Source of the DNA: a virus
DNA length: 64,000 nucleotides
Reading direction: 5' to 3' (one strand)
IMG/VR virus record: IMGVR_UViG_3300009068_000024
Location: 32,001-96,000 of that record
Shown one piece after another: positions 58,590-64,000 of this stretch. The notes below the pieces were generated by a model, which saw only the letters and a list, made by a program, of their open reading frames with translations, was not told the DNA's origin and searched no databases. Position numbers and translations under genes: made by a program. Position 1 is the first letter of the stretch, and every line of letters begins with the position of its first letter.

Positions 58590-60638
58590 GTGGACCACAT
58601 TAAATCACAGGTAGATCGCCTGTCAGAGCTAGATAATGAACAACTATCAGCTCTTCAGGATCAGATCATTGGTGAATTTGAGACGGTCGAAGGCCAAGAG
58701 CCTACCGCTGAATCAGTTGACGCTATGACGTCACTTGCCGATATGCTTGACGCCTGCAGAGGCGAATCTAAGCGTCGCGAGATGGCCGCCCAGGAGCTTG
58801 CACAGCAAGCTGCCGAGGCTGCTATGCGCGTTAAGGGTAGTGACGAGGAGAATATGGATGGTGCAATGCCAGCTGAGGATATGCCTGTAGAGGATATGCC
58901 AGTTGAGGAAGTTCCTGCAGAGGAAGTTCCAGCAACTCCAGAAGAAGCCCCAGTAGAGGGAGAACCTGTTGAAGGTACTCCTGAAGAAGAAATGGGCGAG
59001 ACTCCTGAGGAAGAGGATGACGAGAAGAAGAAGAAGGCAACTGAATCTACTTACTCCACCGAATCTGTCGATGCGTCTGCTACTGCGGTAGAGGGTTCTG
59101 AACTTTCAACCGATGAAAATCCAACCGTTGAGGTCGTCGAAGACGTCCCAGCACAAGAACCAGAAGAGGCTCCAGTTGAGGTCGTCGAAGACGTCCCAGC
59201 AGAAGTCCCAGCAGAAGACACAGCGTTTTCTACTGAAGAACCAGCACAAACAACTATTGCTCCAGAAGAGCAGGAAGGGCAGGCCCCAGTGACCGCCACA
59301 GCAGAACAGCCTTTCGAGGCTCCAGCTGACCGTCAGCCTGTAGTTCAGGTTTCAGAGCCAGCACCGGTAGCAATTACCGCTGGTGCTGACATTCCTGGCT
59401 ACACAGCCGGCAGCGAAATTAAAGACATGAGCGAGGTAGCAGTAGCTATGGAGAAGCGTCTCCACTCACTTCGCCGTGTTAACGGAGGAGACGGAGAGCA
59501 GCACATCGTTGCATCTTTCTCAACCTCTTACCCAGAGTCACGTACTCTATCATCAAATGCAGAAGAGAACACACTTAAGATTGCAGCTGTTGCAGGCCCA
59601 CAGGCCCTTGTTGCTTCCGGTGGTCACGCTGCTCCATTTGAAGTAAAGTATGACATCTACTCAATCGGTTCAACCAACGTTCGTCCAGTTCGCGATGCTT
59701 TGCCTCGCTTCCAGGCTGATCGCGGTGGTATCCGATACATCACTCCACCGAGCCTAGCTCTAGGTTTTAGCAACAACACCACGATTGCTACATCTAGACT
59801 AGCCTACGACAATGCTGTAGGACAGTGGACTGCTTCTACCGATCTAACTCCTAGCACCTCAACAAAGACCAGCTTGACAATCACTTCATCATATGAGAAC
59901 ACAGTGGCTACCTATGCTATGACTCTACAGTTGAAGTTTGGTAACTTGATGACTCGTGCTTACCCAGAGTTGATTGCTCGTCACAACGAACTTGCTCTAG
60001 TACAGCACGCTCGTGAAGCTGAGCAGAACCTTGTCTCTAGAATCGCAACAGAGTCTACCTCTGTAAGCACTTCTAGCTTGCTTGGTTTTGGTCGCGACTT
60101 CTTGGTACAGGTTCGTCGTGCTGCAACTGCATATCGTCAGCGCCACCGCATTGCTCCAGACACCCAGCTACAGGCAGTAATTCCTGTTTGGTTCTACGAT
60201 GCAATGGCAGCTGACTTGACTCTGTCTATGCCAGGCGACGGTACTCTAGATCTATCAAAAGCTGAAATTAATGGCTATCTAGAGCACGTCAACGTAACAG
60301 TTGTCCCTTACATGGACTCAGACACAAGCTCAAACACAATGATCACAACTCAGAGTGCTAACGCTTTACTAAATGGTTTCCCGAACACTCTAGTTTGGTA
60401 CCTATTCGCTGAAGGTACATTTATCTTCCTTGATGGCGGTACTCTAGACCTAGGTATCGTTCGTGACAGCACCCTTGTTGGCACCAACGACTACATTATG
60501 TTCCTAGAAACATTTGAAAACGTAGCGAAGGTTGGTATCGAGTCTCTCGCGATCACCTCAACCATCAACGTCAACGGTGCTGCTGCAGCTCTACGTGACG
60601 TCCTTGGTGGCGTTACTGCTGCAACAATCGAGTACTAA
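58590..60638 (+). CDS. major capsid (hexamer) protein with N-terminal acidic scaffold-like region
   Basis: ALVASGG...VRDALPRFQADRGGI...GTLDLGIVRDSTLVGTNDY, like cluster-B actinophage capsids. Confidence 0.85.
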   Translation: MDHIKSQVDRLSELDNEQLSALQDQIIGEFETVEGQEPTAESVDAMTSLADMLDACRGESKRREMAAQELAQQAAEAAMRVKGSDEENMDGAMPAEDMPVEDMPVEEVPAEEVPATPEEAPVEGEPVEGTPEEEMGETPEEEDDEKKKKATESTYSTESVDASATAVEGSELSTDENPTVEVVEDVPAQEPEEAPVEVVEDVPAEVPAEDTAFSTEEPAQTTIAPEEQEGQAPVTATAEQPFEAPADRQPVVQVSEPAPVAITAGADIPGYTAGSEIKDMSEVAVAMEKRLHSLRRVNGGDGEQHIVASFSTSYPESRTLSSNAEENTLKIAAVAGPQALVASGGHAAPFEVKYDIYSIGSTNVRPVRDALPRFQADRGGIRYITPPSLALGFSNNTTIATSRLAYDNAVGQWTASTDLTPSTSTKTSLTITSSYENTVATYAMTLQLKFGNLMTRAYPELIARHNELALVQHAREAEQNLVSRIATESTSVSTSSLLGFGRDFLVQVRRAATAYRQRHRIAPDTQLQAVIPVWFYDAMAADLTLSMPGDGTLDLSKAEINGYLEHVNVTVVPYMDSDTSSNTMITTQSANALLNGFPNTLVWYLFAEGTFIFLDGGTLDLGIVRDSTLVGTNDYIMFLETFENVAKVGIESLAITSTINVNGAAAALRDVLGGVTAATIEY

Positions 60639-60649
60639 AAATCCTGGTG

Positions 60650-60673
60650 TGCCCGGGGCTTCGGCCCCGGGTA
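60650..60673 (+). terminator. GC-rich hairpin after the capsid gene
   Basis: cccggggcttcggccccggg. Confidence 0.7.
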
Positions 60674-60709
60674 CTCCAACTAAAAACTTATAGACTTTAA
60701 GGAAAATAA

Positions 60710-61861
60710 ATGGCTTTTGATGGAGCTTTTAAGGCCCCCGCTATCGTACCCTCTGCGTTCGGCCTATTTTCTATATTCCCTCCAACTAATCCTACTTCAG
60801 GAGAAAAATGGGTTAGAGGATTTGATCAGTGGTGGGACACTACCCCTAGCTACGTTAGAGTATTAGACGCTAACTACACATCATATACAGTTGCTACAGT
60901 AGACTCTAACCCTACTGTACCTCTATATAGTCGCCACATCCCATTCTTTATTGAAGTTCAAGATGACAGATCTACTCTAGGTCTCCTTGGTGAAGAACGT
61001 ATGGCTCGAGTTCTACGTCAGCTAGAAGGTGTATCACAGAAAGCCTGTGAACTTGAGCTTTGGGACGGTGCCGTTGCTTTGCAAGGATCTTCAACAGATC
61101 TTGTAAACCCGTACCTATCTAAAGGTACTACCCTAACTATTCTTCCTGGACGTAAGTCTGACGGATCGGTTGCAGATTCAACTTCTGATGGAGCTGCTAT
61201 TTCTGTTAAACACGGTATTGCTGTTCTAGAGCAGAATATCGGACTCTACTCTTCTGCCGGTGAGCAAGGCTGGATTCACCTTACTCGCGACTCTGCCGCT
61301 GTTCTTAGCTCTTATAATCAAATGGTAGTTGACTATTATGACCCTAATAAAGGTTCTCGCCAACACCTACAAACTTTTGGCGGAACTCCGCTAGTACTCG
61401 GCTCTGGCTATTCAGGTAACGGTCCCGTTGTAAACGTAACTAACAAAGCTGCTGATGGAACTAACGCAACACTAACTACAGCTAATAACCATGGTCTTGC
61501 TGTTGGTGACACTGTAACTGTTACTGGCGTTGACGCTACTTTCAATGGTACTTACACCACAATAACTGGTACCACTGCAACTACTATTAAGTATGCAAAA
61601 GCGGCAACTGTGTCGACTGTTGCTACTACAGGCGGAACTGCACAAATGCAGGCTAACAGCCGCTACAAATGGATTTACGCGTCAGGTGAAGTACGAGTCT
61701 ATCTCGGTGACTCTGATCTTGTAAATGATAGTTTAGGTCAAGGCCTTTCTGTCAGCTCAAACCAAAATGACATGAGAATCAAGGCTACCCGCCCTGCTGC
61801 GGTCTACTTTGATACATCCATCCACCTAGGTGTCAAGGTTGACTTGACTCTAACTAACTAA
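60710..61861 (+). CDS. probable capsid pentamer / minor capsid protein
   Basis: Follows the capsid gene; FGLFS, ELELWDG, GTPLVLGSGY and WIYASG motifs. Confidence 0.6.
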   Translation: MAFDGAFKAPAIVPSAFGLFSIFPPTNPTSGEKWVRGFDQWWDTTPSYVRVLDANYTSYTVATVDSNPTVPLYSRHIPFFIEVQDDRSTLGLLGEERMARVLRQLEGVSQKACELELWDGAVALQGSSTDLVNPYLSKGTTLTILPGRKSDGSVADSTSDGAAISVKHGIAVLEQNIGLYSSAGEQGWIHLTRDSAAVLSSYNQMVVDYYDPNKGSRQHLQTFGGTPLVLGSGYSGNGPVVNVTNKAADGTNATLTTANNHGLAVGDTVTVTGVDATFNGTYTTITGTTATTIKYAKAATVSTVATTGGTAQMQANSRYKWIYASGEVRVYLGDSDLVNDSLGQGLSVSSNQNDMRIKATRPAAVYFDTSIHLGVKVDLTLTN

Positions 61862-61876
61862 TAAGGAGAATAGGTA

Positions 61877-63421
61877 ATGCCTACTCAAGAATATGCAGCC
61901 AGCATCCAAGGTGTGTCGATCCGTGTCACCCGCCTAGACGCAGCTGGCAACCTACAAACAGGTCCGGGTGATAGCTACACTACATCAGCTTTCATGCGTC
62001 TGTCATTCACCCCAGAGTACGAAGAAGGCGATGAAATCACCGAGAAGGGTGCCAATGGTGCCGTTTGTGTGACTTTCAAGTCTCCTGACACTCTAAAAAG
62101 AATCACAATGGAACTTGCTATCTGTGAGCCAGACCCTGAGCTTTCTGCACTTCTTTCAGGTGGTCTATTGCTTCGCAAGAACGTGGGAACCTTTGCTTCA
62201 GCTAACAACCTATCAGTAGGTTGGGCTTCACCTGCAGTTGGCGATGACCCAGCTGGTTTCGGTGTTGCTATCGAAGCTTGGTCATGGGCTGTCAAGGATG
62301 GTAAGCGTGCTGGTACACGTCCATACTTCCACTGGGTATTCCCATTCGTTAAGCTACGTCAGTCTGGTGACCGTGTAATTGAGAATGGTGTTCTTGCTAA
62401 CACATTCCAGGGTTATGGTCTAGGAAATTCCAACTTCTCATCAGGTATTGATGGTCGTTGGGAGTTCCCAACTGCTTCTGAGCGTCCATATGCATACTCA
62501 CGTGCTACATGGGCTCCAGTTGGTCTAAATGGTTTCTACACCTGGAACTACGCTGGTGAAGGCACTACTGAGCTTGGTACTCCAAACTACTCAGCTGTTA
62601 CTTCTCTTGAGGGTATTAACTACAGCCTATCTACTGAAGCAATCACAACTGCTGGTGCGATCACTCTAGTTACTTCAGCTAGCCACACTTACAGCGTTGG
62701 TGACAGCATTACAGTCGGTAACGCAGATACTACTTACCTAGTAACTAACAAGGCTGCTACTACTTCTACTGTAACTTTGACACTTGCGTCTGGTCACGGT
62801 GTTGTAGTTGGTGACAAGATCATCGTAGCAATTGGTGACAGTGCATTTGATGGTACTTATGGTGTAGCTACAGTGTCGACTAACGACATTACCTACGCTA
62901 AGACCAATGCGGTTGCTGTGACTAGCGTTGCTGTAAACAGTTCTTCTGCTGTTGTTACCCGTAACATCTTCAACGGTACATTCACTGCTCTTGCAGGTAC
63001 AACTGGAACTAGCATTTCTGTTGCTCGTCGTGTTGCAATTTCAGCATGTACAGGCGCTACAACTACGGGTACATACACTGCTACAGCTCACGGTCTAGTT
63101 ACTGGTCAGCTTGTTACTGTTACTGGATTCTCAACTAACGCAGCATTCAACGTTACCGCTGCTGCTATTACAGTAACTGGTGTAAACACCTTCACTGCAA
63201 CTATCTCAAGCACAACCGCTACAGAAACTATTGCGGCCGTTGCTCAGGTAACTCGTGGTACTGCAATCACAACTACTACAGTTCCTTACGGTGCTAGCGT
63301 ATCGTCAGCTGTTGCAGGTACTTCATCTACAACTGGATACAACGTTCCTGGAAGCCTGCTCTACAACGCTGATCAGCCAGTTGACCGCGTAATCAAGTCA
63401 AACGAGGACCCAACCTCTTAA
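61877..63421 (+). CDS. major tail tube protein with C-terminal Thr-rich beta-repeat domains
   Basis: IRVTRLD...PEYEEGDEI..KGANG.VC..LKR...ICEPDP. Confidence 0.8.
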   Translation: MPTQEYAASIQGVSIRVTRLDAAGNLQTGPGDSYTTSAFMRLSFTPEYEEGDEITEKGANGAVCVTFKSPDTLKRITMELAICEPDPELSALLSGGLLLRKNVGTFASANNLSVGWASPAVGDDPAGFGVAIEAWSWAVKDGKRAGTRPYFHWVFPFVKLRQSGDRVIENGVLANTFQGYGLGNSNFSSGIDGRWEFPTASERPYAYSRATWAPVGLNGFYTWNYAGEGTTELGTPNYSAVTSLEGINYSLSTEAITTAGAITLVTSASHTYSVGDSITVGNADTTYLVTNKAATTSTVTLTLASGHGVVVGDKIIVAIGDSAFDGTYGVATVSTNDITYAKTNAVAVTSVAVNSSSAVVTRNIFNGTFTALAGTTGTSISVARRVAISACTGATTTGTYTATAHGLVTGQLVTVTGFSTNAAFNVTAAAITVTGVNTFTATISSTTATETIAAVAQVTRGTAITTTTVPYGASVSSAVAGTSSTTGYNVPGSLLYNADQPVDRVIKSNEDPTS

Positions 63422-63504
63422 TAACCACTAAATGATGAAGGCGGCGTGCCTTGGTGTGCGAGACATGCCAGCACGCCGCTTAATTCATATCTAGGAGATA
63501 TACT

Positions 63505-63999
63505 ATGGGAACTTCACTATGGGTCCAACCAGAAGAGCTTGGATCATATGCAAACACTGAGTTCGCTCAGGAGGCTTGCCAGACTGCATCATATTTGATG
63601 TGGACTATGTCTGGCCGTAAGTTTACTGGTGAAACAACTGTAACTGAGCGTTACGTTTGTGCTAAACGAGCTTATCGCCTTGGACCATCTTCTAGAAACT
63701 ATTATGGAACTTTAATTACTGGTCAGCTCTACAATATTCCTGTAGCTGACTTTAATGAATACACAGAACTTGTGTCCGACGGTCTTTCTCCCGAATCAAG
63801 AATCAAACTGCGCGGACGTCCTGTAACTAAGATTCACACCGTTAGAAATATGAACGGTGAGATCATTAGCCCAGATCTTTACTACCTTGTAGATCACTCT
63901 ACCATTCAAGCTTCCGCTGGTATTCCATGGACTCCTTGCAACGTTGAAGTTACCTACACCTACGGGTCTCCGATCCCTATGGCTGGAAAAATGGCTGCT
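63505..63999 (+). CDS. probable head-to-tail adaptor (truncated by window end)
   Basis: RBS aggag; ASYLMWTMSGRKFTG...VTYTYGSPIP. Confidence 0.65.
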   Translation, partial: MGTSLWVQPEELGSYANTEFAQEACQTASYLMWTMSGRKFTGETTVTERYVCAKRAYRLGPSSRNYYGTLITGQLYNIPVADFNEYTELVSDGLSPESRIKLRGRPVTKIHTVRNMNGEIISPDLYYLVDHSTIQASAGIPWTPCNVEVTYTYGSPIPMAGKMAA

Positions 64000-64000
64000 C

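Overview
A 64-kb segment of a large tailed phage (about 40% GC by eye) that infects an actinobacterium, probably a freshwater Microbacteriaceae. Evidence for the host: a ClgR-like regulator, an actinobacterial SSB, actinobacterial LexA boxes and a cluster-B-like head module. Positions 1-14.4 kb and 18.7-20.7 kb (minus strand) hold early-type small genes, many built as self-contained cassettes (GACAC, TTGAC-N17/18-TAnnnT, a conserved 5' hairpin, RBS, ORF, terminator). Between them lie repeated RNA pseudoknots with covariation and hairpins whose loops are anti-Shine-Dalgarno sequences. Positions 15-18.6 kb encode an NlpC/P60 protein, a peptidoglycan-binding protein and the terminase. Positions 21-64 kb encode the portal, a Dps fusion, two giant multi-enzyme proteins (3229 and 5978 aa), a capsid protease fusion, capsid hexamer and pentamer proteins, the major tail protein and an adaptor. 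The most striking feature is that the two giant proteins are divided into enzymatic modules by 16 copies of a synonymously recoded PSQNRE peptide, which suggests processed effector polyproteins. All domain calls come from motif recognition by eye; no database searches were run.
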